From: Candidatus Kryptoniota bacterium
GTDB taxonomy: Bacteria > Bacteroidota > Ignavibacteria > Kryptoniales > JAKASW01
Reading direction: 5' to 3'
NCBI GenBank assembly: GCA_036567965.1
Contig: DATCTN010000010.1
Span: 22,510-86,509, forward strand
DNA: 64,000 nucleotides
The number at the start of each line of letters is the position of its first letter. The stretch's first letter is position 1. Position numbers and translations under genes: made by a program. Positions 18,923 through 29,351 of this stretch are shown piece after piece. The notes beneath the pieces were generated by a model. It ran no database searches. It was not told the DNA's origin and saw only the letters and a program-made list of their open reading frames with translations.

Positions 18923-20419
18923 TTACTTTAACAATAACATTTTATGAACAACAGAGAATCGCCCTGCTTCCATCCGCACAAAGTACACTCCGGACGGGAA
19001 ATTATCTGCGCTCCATGTCTGGGAGTAGCTCCCAGCCGTTCGAAATCCGTTGAAGAGTTCCGATATCTGCCTCCCGAGTATATCATAGACCGCAATTCGT
19101 ACATGACTTGCAGTTGGCAAATCATACACGATAGTGGTCATAGGATTGAAGGGATTTGGATAGTTCTGGTGAAGCGCAAAGCTGGAAGGCGTGGATGCGG
19201 TCGACGATTCCACGGCACTGAGAGTATATGCTCCGAGCGCACCGATGTTTGGATCGCCGGGCAGCTGGCCGGTTCCATTGCTGAAGTATGGATTAGACCA
19301 GTGATTTGAGCCGGATGGAGCTGGAGGAGTAAACCCCGCCCCGAGCGCAGGCGAGCCTCCTGTCAGCCTGTAATCGTTCGAGCCGTCAAGTGCAAGCCAA
19401 TCGTTGGTGAAGAATGGCTGGTAGCTTTCAAACAGAACGCTTGCCTGGATATCAACGATGTCATGAGGCGCTTGCCTGGCAACTCCGTCGGACGCAAAGT
19501 ATCTCGACGCACCCTTTAAGCTGTCGACCGAATAGAAATAAAGGTTGTTGTCATACACAGTTCTTAAAGTGTCGGCCGCCACAGTGATCTCAAGTTCTTC
19601 GTACATGTCGCCCATGATGTTGTTGTAGATCTGAGCGCGGGCACTTGCATCTACAAGAACAGCGTAACCCAGTTCGTCGACGCGGCGCCACCCCCCCGCG
19701 ACGATGGTGTTGTTGTGGATACACATGTTGGTCAAACGGGCAAGAGTCGGGTCGGCGTTCACCTTGATTCCATTTCCACCCGATGCCCAAATGACATTAT
19801 ATGCGATCTCGCCTATCGTGCCGGCTTTCACATTGATGTTGTCTCCGTCCGGCGCGCCGCACCACTTTATCGTGTTTCGGAGAACGCTCGCGTTTCCTCC
19901 ATGCAGACCGATGCAATCGTCGACGGTCCCAACGACCAGGTTGTCTGTAAAGACCGTCGTTGTCGTGTTTGCGAAATCAGAGTAAATGTCGAACGTTCGA
20001 TATGCGTGACCGGACACGTCATTGCCCCCGGCCCAATAAATGTCGGAGAATTTGACACTCACATATTGACAGGAATCTCCGACAATGCCGCCCCACATTC
20101 CCGGGCGCTTAGCAGAATCGACATCTGCTGTTGTAATCAAGATACGATTCGATGCTGTGCCTTCACAAATGAAAGTGCCGAGAATATGTATCCAGCATGC
20201 GGCGCCGGTTGAAAGATCGTTCTTCATCAAAAGTGTATCACCGGCGCTTATCGTGAGCGTGTCGCCGGCATTAATGGTTAGACTGTCTTTTACAACATAA
20301 GTGTGGTTGGCAACAGTTCTTCCCTCGACACTGCCTGTAAGCGTATCCGGCAGAGTTTGCGAAAGTGTTACTCCAGCTACTGAGAAGAGAAGCAACATGG
20401 TTGTTAGGAACTTCGACAT
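18923..20419 (-). CDS. Secreted right-handed beta-helix repeat protein with a T9SS C-terminal sorting domain
   Basis: 498 aa. Signal peptide. Repeated NN.I/GG.GI beta-helix-type turns. The C-terminal ~80 aa (LHQNYPNPFNPMTTIVYDLP...VYDILGRQI...SGVYFVRMEAG) match the Por/T9SS tail pattern. Confidence 0.8.
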   Translation of the reverse strand: MSKFLTTMLLLFSVAGVTLSQTLPDTLTGSVEGRTVANHTYVVKDSLTINAGDTLTISAGDTLLMKNDLSTGAACWIHILGTFICEGTASNRILITTADVDSAKRPGMWGGIVGDSCQYVSVKFSDIYWAGGNDVSGHAYRTFDIYSDFANTTTTVFTDNLVVGTVDDCIGLHGGNASVLRNTIKWCGAPDGDNINVKAGTIGEIAYNVIWASGGNGIKVNADPTLARLTNMCIHNNTIVAGGWRRVDELGYAVLVDASARAQIYNNIMGDMYEELEITVAADTLRTVYDNNLYFYSVDSLKGASRYFASDGVARQAPHDIVDIQASVLFESYQPFFTNDWLALDGSNDYRLTGGSPALGAGFTPPAPSGSNHWSNPYFSNGTGQLPGDPNIGALGAYTLSAVESSTASTPSSFALHQNYPNPFNPMTTIVYDLPTASHVRIAVYDILGRQISELFNGFRTAGSYSQTWSADNFPSGVYFVRMEAGRFSVVHKMLLLK

Positions 20420-20468
20420 ACTTCCTCCTTAATTTTATTAGCGATTTTGTGGCTGATGAATTGTTAGA

Positions 20469-23297
20469 TTAAAATTTATAGCTGATTCCTATTGACCCGC
20501 GCATCTTGTTCAGGTCGCGCTCAGTGACAATCGGGGCATGCTTTACATAATCGCCGGAAGGAACTTCTGTTACCTCCTGAGCATTGGTAAGATTGATCAG
20601 TTTCACGCTCAATCTCAGATTAAAGAAGAGTGCTTGTTCACCGGAAAAATCGAGTTCGCCGACTCCATCCTTGTAAACGTCGTATCCGTCCAAATTGCTA
20701 ACACTGACAAGGCTTCTCCCGGTATAATTGTAGGAAATTTCCGCTGATGTCCCCCAGCTCTTGCTGTCATATGAGAGAATAACATTAGCGATTTGCGGAG
20801 ACTGAGATTGAAGTGGTCGAGTCTCGTTGTAGTAAGTTTGCACCGGATCTCCGTTAGCATCAACCACTGTCACTTGTCTCAGGCTTGTAGTGCTGGAGAA
20901 GACATAAGTGTAATTGGCCGATACTCCCAATTCTCCAAAATGTTTTGAGACTACTGCTTCGAAACCGAATACTTTGGCGGGATCGCCGTTGACTTTTGAC
21001 GACGACCTTATCCCGCTGAGACTGATGAGTTGATCGTCTATTGGGTCTGTAATGTGCTTGTAATAGATACCCGCGGAATAAACATCGGATTGATTCGGAT
21101 AGTATTCATAACGGAGGTCTAGATTTGTTGATCTCGTTTGGCGCAGATTCGGATTTCCTGTCGACTCAGTCTCGTCTGACCGATCCACAGCCGGCACCAA
21201 ATCGAAATAACTGGGCCGGCTCATGCTTCGTGTTACCGAGAAATGAAAAATTTGCTGCGGGGTAAGTTCATACCTGAAATTTATTCCCGGAAGGAGATCC
21301 ACCATTTTAACGTCCGCCTGGGCCCCACCGACAGCAGGAGTTGCCATGGTAAAATAGGTGTCATGTGCCTCCTCCCACCTAACTCCGCCGAGTATCTGAA
21401 GTTGTCCCAGGACAATAGTGTATTCCATATACGATGCGAGAAGGACCTCGCTGGCTTTATAGTTTTGGTAACCGTAGACGGTTGTACCGGAGGTGGTGCC
21501 GTATCCGAATACAGTGACAGCCGCGCTATCAATCGTTGTAAATGGCTCGGTGTGCCCTTTGTAAGGACCGCTTTGAAAGACGTAAGGATTCAGTTTGTAA
21601 TCGTCCTCGTAATTTGCGCGCTTGAGTTGCTGTACCACCGCCCCGGCTTGCAGGGTTTGTGTTCCATCTGAAGTCACATGAATCGTTCCATCCAGCCTAC
21701 CGAGATACTGTCGGTCATCGTTTCTTCTCCAATCATGAGTTATGTCTGCTAAACCCAAGATGGGAGAGAGATTTCCCTGAGCGTCGTAATTCTGCAAGAC
21801 GGAGTACTCTGCCTCATCCGGTCGATCCTGCAAGGCATCGGTGTAGTTCAAAGTCCAGGTTAACGACAAAGGCGAGTCGGTGAAATGCTTCCCGCCAATG
21901 GAATAACTGGAAATGTCTTGAGTCCGTAAAGCAGATCTGTGTGAATAAGTAAGATCTGCCGCTCCACGGGTTCCGTCAATAGTGGTTTCGGTGCCGTGAC
22001 GGGTCTCGGCTTCTTGTTGATTGACATACATGTAGGTCGCTGAGAGCTCGTGACCTTCACTCGCGATGAAGTCTGCATTTACGACCGCACCGTCCCGGAT
22101 GGTATTCGTATAGTAATCGTGGCTGAAATATGTTGATGCATAAGGCGTTAGATGGTTATCACTGTCCACCTTGTTGATATTCGTGGTAACATTGGAATAG
22201 AACTGTACAGGAACATGATCGTATGTATTTTGAAAACTCCCGGCGGCCATAATTCCGAACCGATTATCGAAGAAGCGATTTCCGATAAGGCCGGAAAAGA
22301 GTTCGTCGGGAACTCCTGCTCTGTTCGAAAATTTTAGATTCGAAGAAGTAAAATCCGCGCTTGTTGGGTTATAACGAGGTTTGAGTTGATTGGTCGGATC
22401 ATCAGCGTTCACGGTCCCATGCATTCGCTCCGGATCGAGATCGTTGATGGTATTTCTGTCAAATGTGCTGAAGCTGCTGCCTAAAACACCCGAAGTCGTT
22501 CCGCTTGCCGCGTTGAAAAAAAAAGCGAGATCCTCAGGAGCCTTTCGCAAAATGAGGTCTGTCGATCCACCTATTGCATCTCCAGCGACGTCCGGTGTCA
22601 GGGTTTTTTCCACCTCGATTCGTTCAAATAGGGCCGATGGGAAAATATCCAGGGGAACGAATCGATCTTTCGCTTCAGGACTTGGTATCTTAATGCCGTC
22701 AACCAGGGTATTGTTGTACTGCTGCTCAAGCCCGCGCATGACGACATATTGTCCTTCACCTTGGTTGTTTCGAATCAGCGACATTCCGGAAACACGTTGG
22801 AGCGCATCGGCGGCTGTCCTGTCTGTGGATTCTTCAATTGCTTGTGCCGAAATAACATTGACAATATTTCCCGAATTCTTTTCTGTAGCCCGCGCCGTTG
22901 TTTCAAGTTCATTATTTGTTCTTCCCTCGATCACCGTCTCGCTAAGCGTGATCGGCTTTTCCTTTATCGAAAAATCTACGATCAGTACGGCCGTGTCATT
23001 TAGTATTTTTATTTCCTTCTCTGCACTATTGTACCCAATCGCGTAAATGGCGATCTTGTAAACCCCGGCAGGAACATTACTAATGACATAATCCCCGTTC
23101 GAATCCGTGACTTCGCCCAGACTCGTACCTTCTATAAAGACATCCGCACCGACAATTGCCGTATCGGTCTTCTTCTCCTTAATATGACCTTTGATTATCC
23201 CCGCCCATGATCCACTGAAAGCCAAAAAAGAAAACGAAAATAGAATTGCTAACGGTATTTTCGATGAGGCGGTCCTCACCTCACTCCTGTAACGCAT
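20469..23297 (-). CDS. TonB-dependent outer-membrane receptor with an N-terminal CarboxypepD_reg-like domain
   Basis: 942 aa. Signal peptide, GIIKGHI...D.NG.Y.I.NVPAG.Y, a plug region (VISAQAIEESTDRTAADALQRVSGM) and a C-terminal beta-barrel ending ...GISYKF. Confidence 0.88.
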   Translation of the reverse strand: MRYRSEVRTASSKIPLAILFSFSFLAFSGSWAGIIKGHIKEKKTDTAIVGADVFIEGTSLGEVTDSNGDYVISNVPAGVYKIAIYAIGYNSAEKEIKILNDTAVLIVDFSIKEKPITLSETVIEGRTNNELETTARATEKNSGNIVNVISAQAIEESTDRTAADALQRVSGMSLIRNNQGEGQYVVMRGLEQQYNNTLVDGIKIPSPEAKDRFVPLDIFPSALFERIEVEKTLTPDVAGDAIGGSTDLILRKAPEDLAFFFNAASGTTSGVLGSSFSTFDRNTINDLDPERMHGTVNADDPTNQLKPRYNPTSADFTSSNLKFSNRAGVPDELFSGLIGNRFFDNRFGIMAAGSFQNTYDHVPVQFYSNVTTNINKVDSDNHLTPYASTYFSHDYYTNTIRDGAVVNADFIASEGHELSATYMYVNQQEAETRHGTETTIDGTRGAADLTYSHRSALRTQDISSYSIGGKHFTDSPLSLTWTLNYTDALQDRPDEAEYSVLQNYDAQGNLSPILGLADITHDWRRNDDRQYLGRLDGTIHVTSDGTQTLQAGAVVQQLKRANYEDDYKLNPYVFQSGPYKGHTEPFTTIDSAAVTVFGYGTTSGTTVYGYQNYKASEVLLASYMEYTIVLGQLQILGGVRWEEAHDTYFTMATPAVGGAQADVKMVDLLPGINFRYELTPQQIFHFSVTRSMSRPSYFDLVPAVDRSDETESTGNPNLRQTRSTNLDLRYEYYPNQSDVYSAGIYYKHITDPIDDQLISLSGIRSSSKVNGDPAKVFGFEAVVSKHFGELGVSANYTYVFSSTTSLRQVTVVDANGDPVQTYYNETRPLQSQSPQIANVILSYDSKSWGTSAEISYNYTGRSLVSVSNLDGYDVYKDGVGELDFSGEQALFFNLRLSVKLINLTNAQEVTEVPSGDYVKHAPIVTERDLNKMRGSIGISYKF

Positions 23298-23912
23298 TTC
23301 TAAATTTAAACCTCTCGGCTATTACCAAAAGCTTGCGGTGGATAGATCATGCTGATCTACTGAATGAAAATACAGAGGGAGTGTTAACTGAAGATTACCA
23401 GAATACTCTTTTTGGTGAAACAAATTGTTAATGATCAAATGCCGTTGACATCAAAATCGCTAATGATTTCTTTGAATCGAGAAAGTGTGGTTGTGGGCAC
23501 CATAATGATAAAAATCGTTCACGCTGATCGATATACCTTCCACGATGGATCATATACATGAATGACAAAGGTAGAGCTCGAGTCACCAGCTCGATTGATT
23601 CAAAGAGCGGACTCTCATGCGCATTCGCTCTTGTATTGTTACTTAAATATTAAAATCTCTCTCATCTGTTAGTTACACCATATGAGAAGGCCGCATCGCT
23701 GGTCGTGCTCCCCAGAGGAAGAACTCGTTGGGAATCTCGTTGGCCTGACGAGTAGGCCGTCGATCGATGCGACTGTGAAGACTATGCCACCATCCGGGTC
23801 CGACAACAATTGGCATATCTGAAACAGCATCACCTGTTAGGGCTCCACTCTAAAGAAGATGGAAGCCGGTAACCTTTTCTGAATCCCATTCGTACCATTT
23901 AATGTCAGGCAA

Positions 23913-26216
23913 ATGAAAGTCAGGGATGAGAAGATGAAAAGAAGGCAGGGCAGCATAGGCGGGAAGAGGCTCTTCTGCAGGTCGTGCTTTATCGGATTCT
24001 CCTGGTTGTTAGTGACCACTTTTACGGCGTCAGCCTTCGCTTACGAGTCGATGAACCGGGACAAATTTCACGTTTCCGCGGTAAAAATTGAACGAAATAT
24101 CGATCTCACGGGGAAGTTATCTGATCCAGCATGGAAACTCGCACCACCTGTTGAAGTGGCCTATGAAATTCAGCCCGGTGAAAACATCCCTGCTCGTGAA
24201 AGAACCAACGTTTACGTCCTTTATAATTCAGAATATATTTATTTCGGATTCAGTTGTCAGGATTCGAGCGCTCACTTGATCAGGTCTCACGTAACCGACC
24301 GAGACAAAATGACGGATGATGACTTTGTCGGCGTCATTCTCGATACGTACGGACAGATGCAAAGCGGCTACGAGTTCTTCTCAAATCCCCAGAGCGTACA
24401 ATTCGACGCGATGAGGACCTCCAACAATGAGGACGCAAGCTTCGACGCCGTCTGGTATTCTATGGGCGCCATCAGCGATTCTGGCTACACCGTTGAGATT
24501 GCCGTACCATTTAAGAGTATGAGGTTCCCGTCTACTCCCGATCAACATTGGATGGTTGAATTCCTCCGTGTGTACCCGCGCGACAGCCGGTACCTTTTCA
24601 CTTGGACGCCGATAGACAGAAACAATCCTTGCATCCTGTGCCAGGGCGGTACAATCGACGGGGTAAACGGAATTGAGTCGTCAAACAATCTCGAAGTGCT
24701 GCCGTACGCGATGGGTGTCCAGACTGGATCGCTCAACGATACAGGCGATCCAAACTCCGAATACAGCAATGGTCCCGTGATAGGTAGGTTCGGAGTCGGG
24801 TTGAAATACGCGCCATCTTCATCTTTTATGCTTGGCGGCGTCTTCAACCCGGATTTCAGTCAAATAGAATCCGATGCGACTCAAATAAGTGTAAACAATA
24901 CGTTCGCGATATTTTATCCCGAAAAGCGCCCGTTTTTCCTGGAAGGTGCGGATCTTTTCAATACCGTGGTAAGCGCATTCTACTCCAGGATGATAAACGA
25001 CCCGGTCGCTTCCGCTAAGATGACTTCCAAAGCGGGTTCGTTCTCCGTCGCATATCTGGTCGCTGAGGACAGACAATCCCCATTTATCGTACCCGGCGAA
25101 GAGGGAAGTGATTTCGTGAGTACTTCCCTGAAGTCGCTGAGCAACGTTGTTCGCGCTAAATATGATTTTGGAAGTGAGTCTTTCATAGGGGTTCTCGGCA
25201 CTGCGAGGAATTTTACGAACGCCCATAACTACATGGGTGGAGCAGACTGGAATTTTCTGTTCGGGGGAAACTACTATCTAGTCGGTCAGGCACTCTATTC
25301 AAACACGAAGGAGATAAACGATCCTTCTCTCTTCACGAACGACAGGAAATTCGGCGCGACGCACTTCGATGCGACATTCAACGGCGAACAATACGACGGG
25401 AGCGGTGCGCAAATCGATCTCAAACGGAATGCCCGCGACTACAGCTTCGACCTGGGCGCTTCTACCTGCTCTCCGCTGTTCCAGGCGCAGGACGGTTTCG
25501 TCACCTCGACAAATCGAAAAGTTATCCAGTACTGGAACGGGTACACGGTTTATCCTTCGGAAACCATTGTGGAGAACGCATCTGTGCAGTCGAGCTCCGG
25601 CTTAGTATTCAATGACCTCGGCACACGCAAAGGCGTGTGGACGGAGCTTCAGGCTCAGGCTCAACTGAAAGGGCAAACGAGCATATGGATGGGTTACTAT
25701 CCGATCCTCGACGAAATCTTCCACGGCGTGTCGTTCACGAAGTTGTATCACACTGAGGTCAGTGTGAATTCCAGGCCGACAAGAGGACTCGAGTTCGATT
25801 TCTGGTGTTCGGTCGGCAGATTTATAAACCGCGCCGACAATCCAGAACTCGGGAGAGGAAACAACTTCTGGGCTGAATTGATCCTGAAACCGACCGATAA
25901 GTTCTCCGTCGACATGACATATGCCCGCTCGCGGCTCTGGGCGGCATCGAGTGAGGATTTATTCTACGATGGGTATATTGCACGGAGTGCCGTCGTCTAT
26001 CAATTCTCGCCCGAACTGTTCGTGAGATTGATCTGCCAGTACGACGAGTTCGCGAAGCAGATTCAGATAGACCCGATGATAAGCTACAAACTCAATCCAT
26101 TCACTGTCTTCTATGCGGGGTCGGATCACAACTTCACGGACTTCGGGTCGCCTTATGGAGTACAAAAGACCGTGCAGCAGTTCTTCGTGAAGCTTCAGTA
26201 CCTGTGGCAAAAGTAA
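23913..26216 (+). CDS. CBM9-like + DUF5916-type outer-membrane protein (copy 1)
   Basis: 767 aa. Signal peptide. The N-terminal domain has the pattern I.IDG.L.D..W (here ERNIDLTGKLSDPAWK). A long beta-rich C-terminus ends ...VKLQYLWQK. Family name is recalled from memory. Paralogous to 60816..63164. Confidence 0.7.
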   Translation: MKVRDEKMKRRQGSIGGKRLFCRSCFIGFSWLLVTTFTASAFAYESMNRDKFHVSAVKIERNIDLTGKLSDPAWKLAPPVEVAYEIQPGENIPARERTNVYVLYNSEYIYFGFSCQDSSAHLIRSHVTDRDKMTDDDFVGVILDTYGQMQSGYEFFSNPQSVQFDAMRTSNNEDASFDAVWYSMGAISDSGYTVEIAVPFKSMRFPSTPDQHWMVEFLRVYPRDSRYLFTWTPIDRNNPCILCQGGTIDGVNGIESSNNLEVLPYAMGVQTGSLNDTGDPNSEYSNGPVIGRFGVGLKYAPSSSFMLGGVFNPDFSQIESDATQISVNNTFAIFYPEKRPFFLEGADLFNTVVSAFYSRMINDPVASAKMTSKAGSFSVAYLVAEDRQSPFIVPGEEGSDFVSTSLKSLSNVVRAKYDFGSESFIGVLGTARNFTNAHNYMGGADWNFLFGGNYYLVGQALYSNTKEINDPSLFTNDRKFGATHFDATFNGEQYDGSGAQIDLKRNARDYSFDLGASTCSPLFQAQDGFVTSTNRKVIQYWNGYTVYPSETIVENASVQSSSGLVFNDLGTRKGVWTELQAQAQLKGQTSIWMGYYPILDEIFHGVSFTKLYHTEVSVNSRPTRGLEFDFWCSVGRFINRADNPELGRGNNFWAELILKPTDKFSVDMTYARSRLWAASSEDLFYDGYIARSAVVYQFSPELFVRLICQYDEFAKQIQIDPMISYKLNPFTVFYAGSDHNFTDFGSPYGVQKTVQQFFVKLQYLWQK

Positions 26217-26399
26217 AAGTCGGGGCGCCCGCAAGCCCGGACGCCCTGGTTTCTCCATATTTCTCCCGTTAGTCCCTTTGACCGCTTCAGCAAATCCCTT
26301 TCCGAAAACTAATACTTCGTCGCAAGTGTTATATTTCTGAATCCTCGCGAGGGATTTTTCATCAAATAATCTGAAAGCGAGCATAAGAAAGGAAAAGAA

Positions 26400-26732
26400 A
26401 TGGCAAACGTGAATGAAGCGACAACGGCAAGCTTCCAGGCGGAAATTCTCGATTCCAAAACTCCTGTCGTAGTAGATTTCTGGGCGCCGTGGTGCGGACC
26501 GTGTAGAATGGTCGCCCCGATAGTCGAAGAGATCGCCAAAGAGTATGAGGGAAAACTGAAGGTGTTCAAATTGAATACGGATGATAACATGGATATCGCC
26601 GTCAAATATAACATCATGAGCATTCCCACTCTCGGTTTCTTTCAAGACGGCAAAATGGTTGACAGAATAATCGGCGCGGTTCCAAAAAAAGTCATCGTTG
26701 AAAAGATTACTAGGACACTTCAATCGAATTGA
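26400..26732 (+). CDS. trxA: Thioredoxin
   Basis: 110 aa, with the active site WAPWCGPC. Confidence 0.95.
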   Translation: MANVNEATTASFQAEILDSKTPVVVDFWAPWCGPCRMVAPIVEEIAKEYEGKLKVFKLNTDDNMDIAVKYNIMSIPTLGFFQDGKMVDRIIGAVPKKVIVEKITRTLQSN

Positions 26733-26802
26733 ATTTATGTGTGCACGAAAGAATAATTCGTGAACCGGCGCTCCCACATCTATTGAAAGCTCATTAAACA
26801 TA

Positions 26803-27375
26803 ATGGATCACGGTCATCGGTTCGAAGCGAAGCACCACTCGCGCCTTGACTCGAGTTACAGGCGAAAGATCCTTCCGCCGACAGCGACGCTCAAATCGTT
26901 TGGATTGAAAAAGGGAATGACAGTGTCGGACATCGGGGCGGGAACCGGATACTTTCTCATCCCTGCTGCGAGGGTCGTCGGTCCCCCGGCCATGGCGTAC
27001 GGTGTCGATGTGTCCAGAGACATGCTGGCGTTGCTGAGCAGGAAGAGACTTCCCAAAAATGTATGCCTTGTCCATACAAAAGACGGGTACAAATTTGACG
27101 TGCCGGCATCGTCGGTGGATTTTACAATAGCGAGCGCAATACTTCACGAAAATGATGCGCAAAGACTCCTGTCGGAGATCCGAAGAACGATGAAAAAACG
27201 TGCCAGAATTCTTCTCATAGAATGGCGAAAGGAATATACGCGTCATGGACCTCCTGCCGGCGAAAGACTTACGCGGACACAAGTTGAGAGGCTGCTTGAC
27301 AAGTCTCGATTCAAGGTGATCCGGGGAGGGGACCTGAACTCGCGATATTATGCTGTACTGGCGGAGAAGCTGTGA
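26803..27375 (+). CDS. Class I SAM-dependent methyltransferase
   Basis: 190 aa. Motif I is VSDIGAGTGYF, with a post-I acidic residue. Confidence 0.75.
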   Translation: MDHGHRFEAKHHSRLDSSYRRKILPPTATLKSFGLKKGMTVSDIGAGTGYFLIPAARVVGPPAMAYGVDVSRDMLALLSRKRLPKNVCLVHTKDGYKFDVPASSVDFTIASAILHENDAQRLLSEIRRTMKKRARILLIEWRKEYTRHGPPAGERLTRTQVERLLDKSRFKVIRGGDLNSRYYAVLAEKL

Positions 27376-27534
27376 AGATCCCGATGGGTTTAAAGAAAAT
27401 TGTTTTCAGGATAAATTTTGTAATCACGATGTTTCCTACCATCATAAGCGAATTGTTCCCCGACGCCCACCTTGGCTCAGTCCCATTGGAAGTCGAGAAA
27501 ATCTTAGAGAAAATTGTAAACGAGGTGAAATAGA

Positions 27535-28125
27535 ATGACAAAGAAGATCAAGCAAAAGAGTCTCGTTGAGAGGAATCTCCATTTTATAGTTGTCGCAATC
27601 GTTACGTTGATCATAGGTGCCGTTTACGTCAACAAGACGAGAGCGTCTTCCGGGGCTCCTCAGATTGCTGCTGCTGCTGCGGATGCGGGGATGATGGCAG
27701 GCGAAAATGTGATGGCCCCGGACTTCGCGCTGACATCGACCGACGGGAAGTCAATCAGACTTTCTGACTTCCGCGGAAAGGTAGTGATCGTCGATTTCTG
27801 GGCCACCTGGTGCGGGCCATGCAAAGCTGAGATTCCGGACTTCATCAAACTTTATTCAAAGTACAAAGACGCGGGCTTGCAGATGATAGGAGTTTCTGTC
27901 GACGCGGGCGGACTAAAAGATGTGGTTCCTTTCATGAAACAATATGGTATCAACTATCCCGTTGTGCTCGCGACAGAAGAAGTTGTCGGCGCTTACGGTG
28001 GAATCAGAGGGATTCCTACAACGTTCATCGTTGACAAGAAAGGTTATGTGAGGGAAGCATTTGTCGGTTACAGGCCGGCATCAACTTTCGAGAGCGTCAT
28101 CTCAGAACTGGCATCAGAGAAATGA
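27535..28125 (+). CDS. Membrane-anchored TlpA/ResA-like thiol-disulfide oxidoreductase
   Basis: 196 aa. One N-terminal TM helix and the motif DFWATWCGPCKAEIP. Confidence 0.88.
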   Translation: MTKKIKQKSLVERNLHFIVVAIVTLIIGAVYVNKTRASSGAPQIAAAAADAGMMAGENVMAPDFALTSTDGKSIRLSDFRGKVVIVDFWATWCGPCKAEIPDFIKLYSKYKDAGLQMIGVSVDAGGLKDVVPFMKQYGINYPVVLATEEVVGAYGGIRGIPTTFIVDKKGYVREAFVGYRPASTFESVISELASEK

Positions 28126-28532
28126 AGATTGTTCTTAAGCAGGTAGAGGGTAATGCTTACGTCGGGAAGGGAGAATCGAATCATTGGGTTCCGGTCGACA
28201 CATCCCCGTCGGAAGGCGGAAGCGGCGCTGGCACCGGACCGATGGAGCTCGTATTGATCGCTCTCGCCGGCTGCACTGCCATCGATGTCGAACTCATTTT
28301 GAAAAAGAAACGCTCCGGCATGAAGCGGCTCGAAGTCGAAGTGTCAGGTGAGAGGGCGAAGAATCCTCCGCGAGTCTTCACCAACATCCACGTCAAGTAC
28401 ATCATTCATGGTGAAGTGAAAAGAGCAGATGCCGAACACGCTGTTTCTCTATCCCAGGATAAGTATTGCTCTGTAGCGGGAACGCTGAGACATGCAGTCA
28501 GCATGACACACGAAATCGAGATTGTAGAGTAA
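28122..28532 (+). CDS. OsmC-family peroxiredoxin-like protein
   Basis: 136 aa. Two conserved Cys contexts (LAGCTAIDV and DKYCSVAGTL). ATGA overlap with the upstream gene. Confidence 0.85.
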   Translation: MKIVLKQVEGNAYVGKGESNHWVPVDTSPSEGGSGAGTGPMELVLIALAGCTAIDVELILKKKRSGMKRLEVEVSGERAKNPPRVFTNIHVKYIIHGEVKRADAEHAVSLSQDKYCSVAGTLRHAVSMTHEIEIVE

Positions 28533-28571
28533 TTCAACGACGGAATTTTGCACGGGGTGCCTGAACGCCCG

Positions 28572-29351
28572 TCAGAGCCTGATTTTTCCTTCCCAGTCTC
28601 TCTTCATTTGGTCGAGAAACTCGTGATGTGTCAGATCGAAGTGGATCGGCGTAACGGAAACATATCCGGACTTAAGTGCGACTTGGTCTACGTCTGGATC
28701 ACGATCGAAGACGTGCATTTTGCCCGCGAGCCAAAAATAGTCGCGGTTCTTCGGATCCTTCCTCTGAAAGAATTCGTCATCCCATCTTGATCTGCCCTGG
28801 CGCGTAAATCTGATTCCTTTGATCCTACTCGCCGGGATCGCAGGGACATTGATATTCAGTATCGTATCTCTCGGCAATCCGCGTTTGATGACGAACTTCG
28901 CGAATTTCACCGCAACCTTCGCCGCAAACTCGAAATTTGGTTTGAGAGTATACTCGAGCGACACCGCGATAGAGGGGATTCCGAGTATCGTGCCTTCGGT
29001 TGCGGCACTTACGGTCCCCGAGTAAATGACGTTGACCGCTGTATTGAGTCCGTCATTTATTCCGGAGATGACGAGATCTAATTTTTGTTTAACGAGTCTC
29101 TTTATTGCCAGCTTCACACAGTCTGCAGGTGTGCCATCCACTGCGTAACCGAACATCTTGCCGTCGCGATGAAACTCGTGAGCCCTCAATGGAGTCCTCA
29201 TCGTGATCGCATGTCCAATCGCACTCTGTTGAATGCTCGGCGCCACGACTGAGACTTGTGCGAATCTTTTCAGAGCTTTCACAAGAGTCAGGAGTCCGGG
29301 TGAGTCGATTCCGTCGTCATTTGATACCAGGATATGTGGTTTTGTTTTCAT
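28572..29351 (-). CDS. surE: 5'/3'-nucleotidase SurE
   Basis: 259 aa. N-terminus ILVSNDDGIDSPGL, plus GINDG.N and YSGTV.AA.EG. Confidence 0.93.
   Translation of the reverse strand: MKTKPHILVSNDDGIDSPGLLTLVKALKRFAQVSVVAPSIQQSAIGHAITMRTPLRAHEFHRDGKMFGYAVDGTPADCVKLAIKRLVKQKLDLVISGINDGLNTAVNVIYSGTVSAATEGTILGIPSIAVSLEYTLKPNFEFAAKVAVKFAKFVIKRGLPRDTILNINVPAIPASRIKGIRFTRQGRSRWDDEFFQRKDPKNRDYFWLAGKMHVFDRDPDVDQVALKSGYVSVTPIHFDLTHHEFLDQMKRDWEGKIRL

Noticed and set aside
23298-23912. A 615-bp gene-free region between the TBDR and DUF5916 copy 1 as a pseudogene or ncRNA
   Set aside because: Six-frame reading gave no protein-like stretch, and no conserved RNA motif was recognised. It is most simply a divergent promoter region. 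It is mentioned only inside the TBDR-operon finding.
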